Shown piece after piece: positions 19,461-29,905 of a DNA stretch of 64,000 bases. Each line of letters opens with the position of its first letter. The stretch's first letter is position 1. The notes beneath the pieces are model-generated. The model did no database searches, was not told where the DNA came from, and saw only the letters and a list, made by a program, of their open reading frames with translations. The stretch comes from a virus (Duplodnaviria; Heunggongvirae; Uroviricota; Caudoviricetes). The translations under genes and the position numbers were made by a program. Where the stretch lies: positions 134-64,133 of the IMG/VR virus record IMGVR_UViG_3300025316_000590; one strand, 5' to 3'.

Positions 19461-22400
19461 TTATAGACGTACCGATCATTCTTGGTGATACAGCCGGTCA
19501 TGAGTTCCGCGGGAACCAGTACACAGGTCGGTCTAAACAATCTGACGTTCGTGATACGAATGCCGCCTGGCAGAAGATCATGGACATGCCGACGACCGAT
19601 GATTCCAGCAAGGCTGGGTTTGTGCGGCCAGACGGCAAATACGTGAACATGAACAAGGGCCGACCTGGTTGCATGAACCATGCTGATCTGTTTCCCAGAA
19701 ACCCAGGCCGTTTACAGGAGATCATTGCTAATGGTATGTTGCGGGTGGACGCGGACTTCGGCATCGTCGAGGTTGGTAGCAAACCCACATCAGAACAGCG
19801 GGCATCATTGCGGGAATTCATACTGGATACGATGGTCAGCGGGAAGACCATAGACCTCGATTTGCACAGCGGTCTGGGTAAGCCTTTTAAAGATGATCCA
19901 GTGACGACAACGTACCGACGACCAGACGGTGGCGTGGTGAAGCAGTTCAGGAGCAACCCGGATGATGTGATGAGCAGCATTGATCAGTTCTTCAGTCAGC
20001 CTGAAAATCATGTTAGGTATCAGTCGCCGCACAAATCATTCCTCAGCACCGATATACCTTCGTGGGCAGCTTCCCTTGGCCTACAGGCAGAAACCTGTCA
20101 TAATGGTCAGCAGCCCCAAGGAGCAATCATAATGCCCGTTCTGGAAGTACCCATCATTCTCGGAGACGTCGCAGGTCACCCGTTCCGTGGTAACCAGCAC
20201 GCTCCCGATCCGCACGGCGACGTGTTCGACGTGGGTGAGAACCCCAAATTTGCGGGATCAATGGTGAATGCAAAACGCATGGAGAGGGAAGCCCGCCGTC
20301 TGCACGAGGCGTTTCAACTCCACAGCGATCCATCAGAAAGTGACCATCATCGCATCGGTGATGCCCTAATCGAGGCCGCCGATGCTCATCGCAAGGCTGC
20401 CGATGCTGCCACATATCGTGTGAACTATGACAAACATCATGCCCTCGCTGATGATCTTATTGGTCTTGCAAAAGATCATGCAGAGTCCGCAGGAGATCAC
20501 GAGTGGCCGACCAAGCCGGGCAAGCTCAAGGATGATTCCGCCCTGGTGAAGCCGCTAACCGTATCGCTCAACGTGGATATCACGTTGGGTGGTCCTGGCA
20601 GCGGAAATCATGGACACTCGGGACGGCCCGGTCATCGCGGCGGATCTGCACCTCGTGATAGCGGTGCTGGTTCCAGTGCTGATATCATGACGGCTAGTGA
20701 CGGCAAGAGCGAAAAGGCGATGGACGCGACACGTGCCCTGTCCGGTCACCTCAACAATGACGACAAGATCGACGTTGATGATATGGACTACTTCCGCGAG
20801 CAGGCCCGTGGTCGCACGGGAGGTCGCGAGCGAGTCAACCTGCCCGAGTCTCTGGACAACATCAGTGTCATTCATGATTCCCTGGCCGAAGGACATCATA
20901 CTAAGGAGGACGCGTTCCGCAAGGACGGCAAGTATGATGAGGCCAACGCCCACGGTACTGCCGCCGGCCTGCACGAGGACGCCGCTCTGGAGGCCGATAA
21001 ACTGGCTGCGGACCTGCGGGGCAAGACCGGCCTGGGTGACAGCAAACCAACGCCCAAGGTGAAAGAAGTTCAGCCGCCCGTGCAGTCCAAACGAGGTCAC
21101 TGGAGTAACGAACCGTTGGATCGTGATACGCATCCCAGCGTACCGTATGACGAAGCTCGCGCTCCTGGGGCGAAGAAGCCCGATGGTGTTAGCGACGCAC
21201 GCTGGGCGGCCATCCAGCAGCAAATCAAGAACCGTGGCGGTAAGCGGGACAAGACGTTCCGCGAGCATCATCAGTTCGAGAACTATGAGGATCGACCACC
21301 CAATACATATCCCGTTCCGCCCAGGTTTCCTGACCACGTCCTGAGCATGGACGTAGACATCATCCTGCCCGGCGAGGCTACGATTCATGATGCTGTCGAT
21401 ATCAAGCTCAGTGGCACGGATGATGAAGACGGCAGGTGGGTCACCATGCACGGCAGTCCGGTTTTCATCAAGACCGGTCAGAGCTTCGACGACGCCATTA
21501 AGGAGCACTTCAAGAAGAACAATGTCAAGACGCATGCCAAGAAGTTCAAGGCAGAGGATTATCAGCAGCCGAACATTGGCGAACGCGTCTCGGCCTGGAA
21601 GGGCAAGTCAGTCACCGAGCGTGACCGCATGGCCAACGCTTCGGTCTCCATCCCCAAGCGGATTCACGAGTATGTCGGCGATCTGCCCAAGGCTCCCAAC
21701 ACCGGCAAGCTCGAATCTGATCTTCATGCCCGTGTCGACCAGATGAAGGATCGCTTGACGCCGGAAGCGTCGGTTATGATCAAGAAGACTCTGTCTGATT
21801 ATTCAGGTAACCTGACCAAGGCCGGCGTGGATGACGAGACGGCCCGCGACTTGTCGATGCAGGCTGCTGAACACCTGGCTGCTCAGGAGATGGAGGCGTG
21901 TACCCGCCAGCTTGGCGACCACGGCATTCATCATATCGAGGGCAATATTCGTGTGGGATCGCAAATCCTCGACCAGATACCGGGTCAGGGGACAGCCGAG
22001 CAGAAGGCCATGCTGGCGACTGCCATGATCTTCCACGATGCTGGTTACCTGACCGAGCCGTCCCGAAACTTCCTCGACGAGGGTCACCCGCGGTGGTCGG
22101 CCCAGCACTTCCGGGCCAACATTGGCAACCTGACCGACAAGGCATTTGGTACGGCAGCCACGGGCCAGATCGAACACGTCATCGCCACCCACGACGCCAC
22201 GGACATGAACTGGGAAAGCGACCCGCTTGGATCCGCCAGCCGCGTAGCCGACAACCTTGCATTGTTCAGTAAGGAGAAGCTGCCGCCGATGTACCGCTAC
22301 GTCCCGGCCAACGAGAAGACTCTGGAGGCGTTCGCCGAGAAGAAGCTCAGCCTGGAGGATGCCCGAGCCCAGATCAAGGAGCAGACAGCAAAGTCAGACC

Positions 22401-24490
22401 TGCCCGACAAGGTGAAGGCCGCCCTGACAAAGGCCGCCGATGAGATGGGGCCGCTGACGCCCAAGTTCACACTGGGTATGCTGGGCGGCGAGATCAGCGA
22501 CATCAAGTGGGACAGTGGGCACGTGCGAGTCGACCTGAAGGAAAGTGCCGAGGTGACCCGCCTGAACAAGATGGGCGACTTCGGCCAGCGGCAGTTTGGC
22601 AAGTTTGCCGAGACCTATGGCGGCGACCCGAAGCAGTTCTCGTCTGATCTCAACTTCAAGTTCCGCAAGCCGCCGCCGGATGGACAGGTGATGCTGGAGA
22701 CCCGCATCACGAAGTCCAGCGGCGAGGTGAAGGCCAATCTGGACGTCCCATTGGAACTGGGCGATCTGGCCGGGCATCCGTTCCACGGAAATCAGTGGAC
22801 CGGGGGCGGTGGCAACGCAAAATTAGCACCGGACAACGGCGGAGGTGCGGGCGGGGCCGGCGGCGGTCGCCACCCCGCCTTCGCCAGTGTCAACGCACGC
22901 CAGATCATACGGTGGTGCGGCAAGGAAGGCATGAACGCAGCCGCAACAAAAGCGGCCCTGAACCGGGCCGGTATGGATGCTCCGCTGCCGACGATTCGAG
23001 CTGAACTACCCATTGGGGCGAGAGGCATTGGTCGCAAGGGCGAGCAGGCCCCTATCCACCCGTTTACCGCTGATCAAAAGGCCGTTCTACGCGGCGGTGT
23101 GTACCGCACCGCACCGGGCCTCACGGACGCACAGGTAGCCCGTGCTGCCGAGTTCCAGGCCAAGGTCGGACAGCGAGCCCAACAGGCCCCAGCCGCCGCA
23201 CCAAGCCCCAACGCTGCGGGCGTGGCAGCCGTGAACCGCATTATGGCTACACCGGCCCATGTGACGGCCACGGGGCAGGTAGGCTACAGCACCCGCAAGG
23301 ACATCGCCGACCAGGCCGATGGGGAAATACGTGGTCTGCGGGCCAGGATCAACGCGGGTGATCGTAGTCAGGCGACTTACCGCGAGCGTGCCCTGGCCGG
23401 GCTGGCTGCCGCGAACGCTCACCGGGCTGCGGCGATGGCTGCGAACGACGCGGGCAACAACGCGGCGATGATACAGCACATGGAACGGGCCAATCATCAC
23501 GACACTCGTGCTCAATACTACAACTCGAAGCTGCCCGCTAACATGCGGGCTCAGGGTGGTGATGATGACGTGCGGAACCGCGGCAACGCAATCGCTGCTA
23601 GGGCCGGGCACGCCAGTGCAGTTCCGCCGGCCCAGGCTGCGGCACCAGCACCCGCTGCACCTCCGCCGAAGACGCCGGCGGCGATTGCCGACGTTGAAAA
23701 GAAGCTCCAGTCCGATCCCATCACCGAATTAAAGAAGGTGGGTGGGACGCACATCAGTGACTGCTACGCGGCAAAGAACGGTAAGAACATAGTTGGCTTC
23801 TACAAGCCGCAGAACGGCGAGTGCGGCTACCTGCGACCGGGTCAGACTGTGAATGATCTTCCTTACGACCGCAAGGGGCAAGCCGCCCGCGCGTTCATTG
23901 CCCACGGGTTCACCGCAGGCCAGTGCTACAAGCGCGAGCTTGCTGCCTGGGAGGTGGCCAAGGCGGTCGGCATGACCGATATGGTTCCCGCCAGCCAGGA
24001 ACGACACCACCCCGATCATGGCGTCGGTGTAATCATGGATAACGTGCCGGGCAAGGACGCGGGTGATATACTGATAGCAGCACAACGTAAGGGACTGGTG
24101 GCCCACATGCAGGCCCACGAGCAGGCTTACGACGGTATGCAAGATCAGCAGCGGGCTTTGATCTTTGACTACATCATCCAGAACGTGGATCGACATCCGG
24201 GCAACTGGCGGTTGAAGCCGGACGGACGCATCGGTCTGATTGATCACGGCTTCAGTCTTCCGACGCAGGACTGCCATAGTCATTTCGCCCAGAACGACGC
24301 CTTCGCCCAGAACGTTGATCAGCACAAGAACATTCCAGCCGACGTCAAATCCGCCTGGAACGGCAAGTGGCCACAGATCGAAGCTGGCCTTAAAAAGTGC
24401 GGAATCGAGGATACGGCTATACATCTGGCTAAAAAACGCTACGATAAGTTGATGGCCGCGACGACCTTCAGGGACTTCATGCGAAGCTAG
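19457..24490 (+). CDS. Polyvalent cargo polyprotein 4: GFxRPD module, His-helical modules, HD domain, C-terminal PI3/4K-HipA-like kinase
   Basis: GNQ motifs at 19475, 20153, 22751; HD: DHGIHH..FHDAGY..H..THD..ADNL; kinase: FYKP, RELAA, DRHPGN, IDHG. Confidence 0.85.
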   Translation: MIIDVPIILGDTAGHEFRGNQYTGRSKQSDVRDTNAAWQKIMDMPTTDDSSKAGFVRPDGKYVNMNKGRPGCMNHADLFPRNPGRLQEIIANGMLRVDADFGIVEVGSKPTSEQRASLREFILDTMVSGKTIDLDLHSGLGKPFKDDPVTTTYRRPDGGVVKQFRSNPDDVMSSIDQFFSQPENHVRYQSPHKSFLSTDIPSWAASLGLQAETCHNGQQPQGAIIMPVLEVPIILGDVAGHPFRGNQHAPDPHGDVFDVGENPKFAGSMVNAKRMEREARRLHEAFQLHSDPSESDHHRIGDALIEAADAHRKAADAATYRVNYDKHHALADDLIGLAKDHAESAGDHEWPTKPGKLKDDSALVKPLTVSLNVDITLGGPGSGNHGHSGRPGHRGGSAPRDSGAGSSADIMTASDGKSEKAMDATRALSGHLNNDDKIDVDDMDYFREQARGRTGGRERVNLPESLDNISVIHDSLAEGHHTKEDAFRKDGKYDEANAHGTAAGLHEDAALEADKLAADLRGKTGLGDSKPTPKVKEVQPPVQSKRGHWSNEPLDRDTHPSVPYDEARAPGAKKPDGVSDARWAAIQQQIKNRGGKRDKTFREHHQFENYEDRPPNTYPVPPRFPDHVLSMDVDIILPGEATIHDAVDIKLSGTDDEDGRWVTMHGSPVFIKTGQSFDDAIKEHFKKNNVKTHAKKFKAEDYQQPNIGERVSAWKGKSVTERDRMANASVSIPKRIHEYVGDLPKAPNTGKLESDLHARVDQMKDRLTPEASVMIKKTLSDYSGNLTKAGVDDETARDLSMQAAEHLAAQEMEACTRQLGDHGIHHIEGNIRVGSQILDQIPGQGTAEQKAMLATAMIFHDAGYLTEPSRNFLDEGHPRWSAQHFRANIGNLTDKAFGTAATGQIEHVIATHDATDMNWESDPLGSASRVADNLALFSKEKLPPMYRYVPANEKTLEAFAEKKLSLEDARAQIKEQTAKSDLPDKVKAALTKAADEMGPLTPKFTLGMLGGEISDIKWDSGHVRVDLKESAEVTRLNKMGDFGQRQFGKFAETYGGDPKQFSSDLNFKFRKPPPDGQVMLETRITKSSGEVKANLDVPLELGDLAGHPFHGNQWTGGGGNAKLAPDNGGGAGGAGGGRHPAFASVNARQIIRWCGKEGMNAAATKAALNRAGMDAPLPTIRAELPIGARGIGRKGEQAPIHPFTADQKAVLRGGVYRTAPGLTDAQVARAAEFQAKVGQRAQQAPAAAPSPNAAGVAAVNRIMATPAHVTATGQVGYSTRKDIADQADGEIRGLRARINAGDRSQATYRERALAGLAAANAHRAAAMAANDAGNNAAMIQHMERANHHDTRAQYYNSKLPANMRAQGGDDDVRNRGNAIAARAGHASAVPPAQAAAPAPAAPPPKTPAAIADVEKKLQSDPITELKKVGGTHISDCYAAKNGKNIVGFYKPQNGECGYLRPGQTVNDLPYDRKGQAARAFIAHGFTAGQCYKRELAAWEVAKAVGMTDMVPASQERHHPDHGVGVIMDNVPGKDAGDILIAAQRKGLVAHMQAHEQAYDGMQDQQRALIFDYIIQNVDRHPGNWRLKPDGRIGLIDHGFSLPTQDCHSHFAQNDAFAQNVDQHKNIPADVKSAWNGKWPQIEAGLKKCGIEDTAIHLAKKRYDKLMAATTFRDFMRS

Positions 24491-24499
24491 GAGACAGCA

Positions 24500-24757
24500 A
24501 TGTTCATATTCTGGTCTAGGAACGATGACGGTGAGGCTACCGAGGTCGGTCGCATTTGGATTCAGGATGGCGTTATTCAGGCCAGCGGTTCGGAACGCGT
24601 GCTGGCTATTGCCAAGGAGCCGATTGAGACGACGTTCGGCGACGAGGTTGACCCGGTCGGCGACCCAGAGGCATTCCTCGACGCGATTCTCATGCGGTAT
24701 CATGGGACATACTTCTTCGCCACCGAGGTTCCGGACGAGACACCAACGCAGGTATAA
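24500..24757 (+). CDS. Small acidic protein, putative kinase immunity/partner
   Basis: AGGAG SD; paralog of 43630..43914; both follow kinase domains. Confidence 0.65.
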   Translation: MFIFWSRNDDGEATEVGRIWIQDGVIQASGSERVLAIAKEPIETTFGDEVDPVGDPEAFLDAILMRYHGTYFFATEVPDETPTQV

Positions 24758-24760
24758 CAC

Positions 24761-26962
24761 ATGCCTATTCAGTCATCCAACGGACCGCCCGTGCGGCGAC
24801 GAATCAGCACACCCACGCCGGTAACCCGTCGCAGGATTCTCTCCCTGTCGCAGGGATTCGGCGATCCCAACATGAACATGCCTGACGGTCAGGTGCATGC
24901 TGCGGGCGTCGATATGTCGGGTAACCAGTACCCAGCAGGTGCCGGGCCTGGAACGCAGGGCAGTGCTTACTACTCGGGCAGCACAGGGCGTCGCTCCGAT
25001 CAGCAGGCCCGCAGCCCGCAGGTCATTCAGGTGCAGGGGCAGGCCATGCCCCAGACGAACATGGTGCTGCAACCTGGCAGCCCGGAAGTTCTTACCCATG
25101 AACTGACCACCGGCCAGACCGGCATTATCTACGGCGTGCCCCAGGCCCCGATAGTGATGATCTCCGACCCATCGGTGATCAACCTCTATCGCAAGTATTA
25201 CACCACATACGAGGAGTATCGGAAGATCCGCAAGGATCCGACGATAGCCCTGTGCCGGGCAGTAATCGCCGCCCCGATTCTCAGTAGCACATGGCAGGTG
25301 AAGTCGAAGGAGGGTGTCGAGACCGAACGCGTGGCGTTCATCACGGACATGCTTGTGAAGCATCGCTTCCACATCATGGAGAAGGCCATTTATGGCATGA
25401 TCGACTTCGGCTGGCAGGGATACGAGAAAGTGTTCGGTGTCGATATGTGGACGCCGCCTCCTGACCGGCCAGCATCGAAGGATGCGGATCAGCCGCAGAT
25501 GCCAGCACCCGTGCCGCCGTCAGTTCCTGATGGCACGAGCAAGACCAATCTCCAGCTTGCGTTCGGCCAGCCTGACAGCAATGGTGCTGTCCCGACCAAG
25601 GTCGAACCACCCAAGGATCCGCCCAAGCCGAAGCCCAAGAAGATGGTCGTGCTGCGGAAAGTCAAACCGCTGCTTCAGGACATGACCAGTATCATGGTCT
25701 ACCTGTACACCGGCGACTTCGCCGGCTTCCGGCAGGGTATCGTGTTCGTCGAGGCTCCAGCCAAGGCGATGTTGATCAGCTACCGCGTGGAAGGCACGAT
25801 GTGGCATGGCTATCCACTTCTGGAGCAGGCCCGCGAGACGGTCGAGAAGTGGGACAACGTCGAGATCGGTGCCCAGCGTTACGACATGAAGATTGCGGGC
25901 AGCCACTTCGTGGTTTACTATCCGATGGGCAGCAGCAACGTCAACGGTGCTCAGGTGAGCAACGCATCCATCGCTAACGACATCATCAGGGGCTTGGAAG
26001 CGGGCGGCAGCATGTCGGTGCCGAATATTCTGGCCCAATACGTCGAAGGCATGGAAGCCGGCGGTGAAAACGCGAGTAGTGCCTGGAAGATTGACTTCTT
26101 AGAGGACCGCGGAGCCCGCCAGTCGAGCTTCGTTGATCGCTTGAAGTACCTCGACTCCCTGAAGTGCCGGGCGATGAACATTCCAGAGCGGGCCATCACC
26201 GAGGGTCAGTTCGGCACGAAGGCGGAGGCTCAAGGGCACGCCGATATCATGACGGTCATCCTGCAAAACATGGATTTGCAGGTAACGCAAAGCGTCAATA
26301 CTCAGGTTGTCGATCACCTTCTGGCCATGAACTACGGCAAGGATGCTGTGGGATCCGTGTGGTTGGAAAGCTCTCCGATCTCGGACGACCGCATCAGCTA
26401 CGCCCGCAGTCTGTTCACGGCGATGCTTACAAACCAGCAGATGGGACCGGCCATCTTCCCGCACATCGATTTCTCGGCCCTCATGTCCGAGGTTGAGGTC
26501 CCCCTGAACAAGGGTGTGGTGCGGCAGGCCGGGCAGGCAGAAATCGGCCAGCTTGCTCCGGGTGGCCCGATGATAGCACCGCCGCCTGGATCGGGATCAC
26601 CAGGGGCTGGCGGGGCCGCAGCCGGGGCGATTGCCCACACCGGCGTGTCGCCGCAGCAGCCCAACGGAAAGGCCGCACCAGGCCCCGCCACGAGCAATCC
26701 CCAGGCGGAAGCCGCGGCGAAGGAAGCAGCCGCACAGGCAGCGGATACGGCCCGCCAGAAGGCTTTGGCAAACCAGATGGGCCTACAGCCCGGTCAGCAG
26801 AAGACCATTCTCGACGTCATCCGACACATGCGGGCGTCGGGTGGCCTGCCACCGAAAGGCGTCACAGGCGAGAAGACGGGGGCACAGGCACTAGGCGTGC
26901 CCCAGGCCAGCCAAGCCCCGCCGCCTCGCGGGCGAAGCCTCACGAAGGGCAGCGGTGGCTAG
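24761..26962 (+). CDS. Portal protein (Mu gp29/DUF935-like) with low-complexity extensions
   Basis: YRKIRKDPTI..W.V..FGWQGYEKV..GYPLL..GTKAEAQGHAD; lies downstream of terL. Confidence 0.75.
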   Translation: MPIQSSNGPPVRRRISTPTPVTRRRILSLSQGFGDPNMNMPDGQVHAAGVDMSGNQYPAGAGPGTQGSAYYSGSTGRRSDQQARSPQVIQVQGQAMPQTNMVLQPGSPEVLTHELTTGQTGIIYGVPQAPIVMISDPSVINLYRKYYTTYEEYRKIRKDPTIALCRAVIAAPILSSTWQVKSKEGVETERVAFITDMLVKHRFHIMEKAIYGMIDFGWQGYEKVFGVDMWTPPPDRPASKDADQPQMPAPVPPSVPDGTSKTNLQLAFGQPDSNGAVPTKVEPPKDPPKPKPKKMVVLRKVKPLLQDMTSIMVYLYTGDFAGFRQGIVFVEAPAKAMLISYRVEGTMWHGYPLLEQARETVEKWDNVEIGAQRYDMKIAGSHFVVYYPMGSSNVNGAQVSNASIANDIIRGLEAGGSMSVPNILAQYVEGMEAGGENASSAWKIDFLEDRGARQSSFVDRLKYLDSLKCRAMNIPERAITEGQFGTKAEAQGHADIMTVILQNMDLQVTQSVNTQVVDHLLAMNYGKDAVGSVWLESSPISDDRISYARSLFTAMLTNQQMGPAIFPHIDFSALMSEVEVPLNKGVVRQAGQAEIGQLAPGGPMIAPPPGSGSPGAGGAAAGAIAHTGVSPQQPNGKAAPGPATSNPQAEAAAKEAAAQAADTARQKALANQMGLQPGQQKTILDVIRHMRASGGLPPKGVTGEKTGAQALGVPQASQAPPPRGRSLTKGSGG

Positions 26963-27225
26963 GTCTCGTCCACAAGAACGTCGCGGCAGCCGTCGCATAG
27001 CACGAACGGTGTATCATCACCGTTGATGTCTTGTTCGTAAGGATCGGGTACGGGGACGGCGTCGATGGCGTACAGCACTTTGCCGCAGTCTCGGCAACGC
27101 CCGATCAGGTCAGCGACTCGGTATTCCGTATCGGTGAAGTCGGACGGATCCAGAACCTTCCCGTTGAAGAACAGGAAGCCCCGTTTCATGATTGGCTGTC
27201 GAGCAATCGTTCGACGTGCGGGCAT
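26959..27225 (-). CDS. Small zinc-finger protein
   Basis: CRDCG...DPY...LCDGC; AGGA SD. Confidence 0.6.
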   Translation of the reverse strand: MPARRTIARQPIMKRGFLFFNGKVLDPSDFTDTEYRVADLIGRCRDCGKVLYAIDAVPVPDPYEQDINGDDTPFVLCDGCRDVLVDET

Positions 27226-27237
27226 GGTGATTTCCTA

Positions 27238-27687
27238 TCAGTCTAACGCCGCTTGGACGGTTCTCAGGAACGACACCCGAGCTTCGGCTTTGGGTAGGGC
27301 GACGCTGAGGTACTTTTGGATGCACGGCTTAACCTCGTCCACCGTGGCGTGGTTCCAGTTCTCACACCATACCTCGCGGGACGTGGTGGAGATCCATTCG
27401 ATAGCGTGATCATAGCAGTTGCCTACTTCCAGTGGTCGCCACTTCAGTCGCAACGCTCCGTGAAACCGGACACCATGATTCCAACCGGGAACGAACAACC
27501 CTTCGGGCTGAAGCATAGCCGATACGGTCGGCCAGTCGAACTGTACGCGGTTGATATGATCCGCTCTCCATACCAGTCCAGCATGGCTGATGAAGATATC
27601 CAGCCACACAAAGTCATCTTTGCTCTGGATGAGGATATCAGCGTAGCCGCGATGAACGACGTCGATGAGGTATTCTTCGTGCGTCAT
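27238..27687 (-). CDS. Hypothetical protein (start MTHEEYL)
   Basis: Start overlaps stop of upstream gene; Trp-rich globular composition. Confidence 0.55.
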   Translation of the reverse strand: MTHEEYLIDVVHRGYADILIQSKDDFVWLDIFISHAGLVWRADHINRVQFDWPTVSAMLQPEGLFVPGWNHGVRFHGALRLKWRPLEVGNCYDHAIEWISTTSREVWCENWNHATVDEVKPCIQKYLSVALPKAEARVSFLRTVQAALD

Positions 27688-28346
27688 ACCAGCACTTCCT
27701 CCCTGGCCCGTTCGCCCGCCCAAATGATCGGCGAACCATCGAAGGAACGGCTCTTTCGGTTCTCGCGGTTGGACGAGTAAATCCAGCACGGCATGGTCGG
27801 GTACTGTTCCCAATGCGACGGGTTGATATGCACGTGTTGGCATATACTGCCGGGGGTGTCGAAGGTGTCGGGCAAGACTCGCAGGTTGACGAGGGTGCGG
27901 TAGTACCAGGAATGGTCGGCGTCCTGTGGGCGGAACGCCTCCAGACGGTCGATTTTGGTGATCGCCTTCGCCCAGTTCTCGGCATCGTACACGAACACTT
28001 CAAAGTACACGGCGTGCTCGGGGCAAGCCAGAACCTGAATGCCCTGCACCGTGAAGTTCGGCAGGAATGCCTTGATCACGCGGCTGTAACGGGCGTCGGT
28101 CCACGGGCGACGCTCGTACCAGCCCATGCCGTCGTCGTCACCGTTGTCGGGAGCCTTGGATCCGACCGGCAAGCCCATCAAAGGATGGTTGCCGCCCGCG
28201 AAACGTAGGGTTCCGAACACGGCAACCGGAAACGGGATGCTCCACTTGTGGATGGGATCGGGAACGGCCTGGAACGCTCGCATGAGGGAGGCGAACTCGT
28301 CGTGCTTGCGGGCAAAAAGGTTGCGGATGAACTGGGGAATGAACAT
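27684..28346 (-). CDS. Gamma-glutamylcyclotransferase (AIG2-like) family protein
   Basis: VAVFGTLR..GNH, EVFVYD, IDRLE, YYR, CWIY. Confidence 0.75.
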   Translation of the reverse strand: MFIPQFIRNLFARKHDEFASLMRAFQAVPDPIHKWSIPFPVAVFGTLRFAGGNHPLMGLPVGSKAPDNGDDDGMGWYERRPWTDARYSRVIKAFLPNFTVQGIQVLACPEHAVYFEVFVYDAENWAKAITKIDRLEAFRPQDADHSWYYRTLVNLRVLPDTFDTPGSICQHVHINPSHWEQYPTMPCWIYSSNRENRKSRSFDGSPIIWAGERAREEVLV

Positions 28347-28391
28347 GAGGCTTCTCCTGATCTTGAAATAGCGGTTTTGTTACTGGACACG

Positions 28392-28587
28392 TCATCTTCC
28401 GAACAAGGCTGCGATGATATAGCAGGCTACCAGAGCCGACACCAGAATGACCGCGATGCCTCGTACCATTACGGTGAGACCAGACTCGGTCGGTTCGTGG
28501 TCGTTCTTCGTGCAGCGTTTGCGGTGATGGTCGAACAGCGGGCACTTCTGGCACTGGGGGTCGTCGGCTACAGGTATGAGGTTCATA
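28392..28587 (-). CDS. Small membrane protein with CxxC
   Basis: CQKC plus C-terminal hydrophobic helix. Confidence 0.5.
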
Positions 28588-28635
28588 TCAGCACCAGTCC
28601 CTTGCTTCAATTTCGTCTCCTGTTGGTTTCATGGT

Positions 28636-28899
28636 TTACAGTCCAGGGTCGGCGTCGGAGGTGACGGTGAAGCCGTCGAATGCTCCGCCGTAGTCGGGGT
28701 CTTGAGCCCACGGTGGGGCAACGTCGGCGAGGGTGTCCAGAGCTTCGCGTCCCCAGCGGGCGATGTATTCTTCCTCAGTCCAGACCGCAAGCAGGTGATC
28801 GTGGTCTTCCCGCAGTTCCTCGACCTCCTTCTCGGATGCCCAGTGGTGATGGGTCTCGCCCTCGTTATCGCGGACACAGACTATTCGGAAATTGGACAT
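28636..28899 (-). CDS. Small acidic hypothetical protein
   Basis: AAGGA SD before MSNFRIV. Confidence 0.55.
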   Translation of the reverse strand: MSNFRIVCVRDNEGETHHHWASEKEVEELREDHDHLLAVWTEEEYIARWGREALDTLADVAPPWAQDPDYGGAFDGFTVTSDADPGL

Positions 28900-28930
28900 G
28901 GCTTGGTTCCTTTGGGTTGTACGGTTCAAT

Positions 28931-29194
28931 TTATTCGCATCCCGACTCGTCGCTCGGCTGGTCGCAGTGCGGGCAGATAGTCACGGATGTCATGTCGATG
29001 CCTGTGGCTACGCCGCGAGCAAACTCGCCCTCGGCGGAATACTCGACGCAGCAGATCTCGTGGCCGACCTGACGCATGTCGATAAACTTTGGGCTACCGA
29101 CGTCGCGGTCCATGACGTTGTCCCGCAGCCACTTGGAGAACTTCTCGGCGTTCTCGTGGGTGCTGAAGGTGAAGGTGGTTTGTTCGCGTTTCAT
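28931..29194 (-). CDS. Hypothetical protein
   Basis: AAGGAGA SD before MKREQTT; preceded by sigma54-type promoter. Confidence 0.65.
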   Translation of the reverse strand: MKREQTTFTFSTHENAEKFSKWLRDNVMDRDVGSPKFIDMRQVGHEICCVEYSAEGEFARGVATGIDMTSVTICPHCDQPSDESGCE

Positions 29195-29216
29195 GGCTGT
29201 TCTCCTTGGTAGTACA

Positions 29217-29429
29217 TCATGCAACTGGCGTGCCGGGCATGGATTCATACTTGCTGCGGGCGGTCAGGCCGTTGACGCCGTCCCACAGGCGGTGATAGTT
29301 GTTGGGGTCGGTGGTGTGCGAAAGCACCCAATAGATCGACCGGGATTCACCGGATGGGCCAGCGGGGCGAATTTCCTCGCGGAGGGTGTAGGTTGTCTTG
29401 CCGTCGATCTTGGTGGCTAGGATATTCAC
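29217..29429 (-). CDS. Hypothetical protein
   Basis: GAGGA SD, GTG start. Confidence 0.5.
   Translation of the reverse strand: MNILATKIDGKTTYTLREEIRPAGPSGESRSIYWVLSHTTDPNNYHRLWDGVNGLTARSKYESMPGTPVA
29221..29235 (-). promoter_or_regulatory. Sigma54-type promoter
   Basis: Minus strand CGGCACG-CCAG-TTGCA, upstream of 29194 start. Confidence 0.65.
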
Positions 29430-29432
29430 GGC

Positions 29433-29849
29433 TTAGTCCTCGTGGATGGGTTTGTATTGTAGCTCTTCGGCCTCGACTCGGTAGTTCTCCTCGACGCGAA
29501 ACGGCTGCGTGGGGCACTGAGCCTCATGGTAGGCAGCCTCGACTTCTGCTCCCTTGCGGGTGGTGTGGAAGCTGACCGCGAACCACTCGGGCCAGTTCTC
29601 GAACACCTCGACGCCGTTGTCGTCCGTCCAAGTGCCCTTGTCGTAGGCCAGCACCGCGAAGGGGACGGTGACCATTTCCCAGCGGGCTTCTTGTTCGGCC
29701 CGGTAAGCCTCGTAGTCACGCTCGGCTTCAGCGGCCTCGGTGGCCAGACGCTCGGCCTCGCACTGGCAGACCTCGCTGTTGCAGGCGTGGCAGGGAACCG
29801 TCGCAAAGGCGGCGGCAAGCTGAAGGCGGTAAGGAAGGTAGCGGGCCAT
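29433..29849 (-). CDS. Hypothetical protein with CHAC..CQC
   Basis: AAGGA SD; downstream of sigma54-type promoter. Confidence 0.6.
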   Translation of the reverse strand: MARYLPYRLQLAAAFATVPCHACNSEVCQCEAERLATEAAEAERDYEAYRAEQEARWEMVTVPFAVLAYDKGTWTDDNGVEVFENWPEWFAVSFHTTRKGAEVEAAYHEAQCPTQPFRVEENYRVEAEELQYKPIHED

Positions 29850-29883
29850 GTTTGTAGTCCTTGGGGTTTGCCTCTAGTATCAT

Positions 29884-29898
29884 GCAACCGCCGTGCCA
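29884..29898 (-). promoter_or_regulatory. Sigma54-type promoter
   Basis: Minus strand TGGCACG-GCGG-TTGCA, perfect -24/-12 consensus. Confidence 0.8.
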
Positions 29899-29905
29899 GC
29901 CGGAT

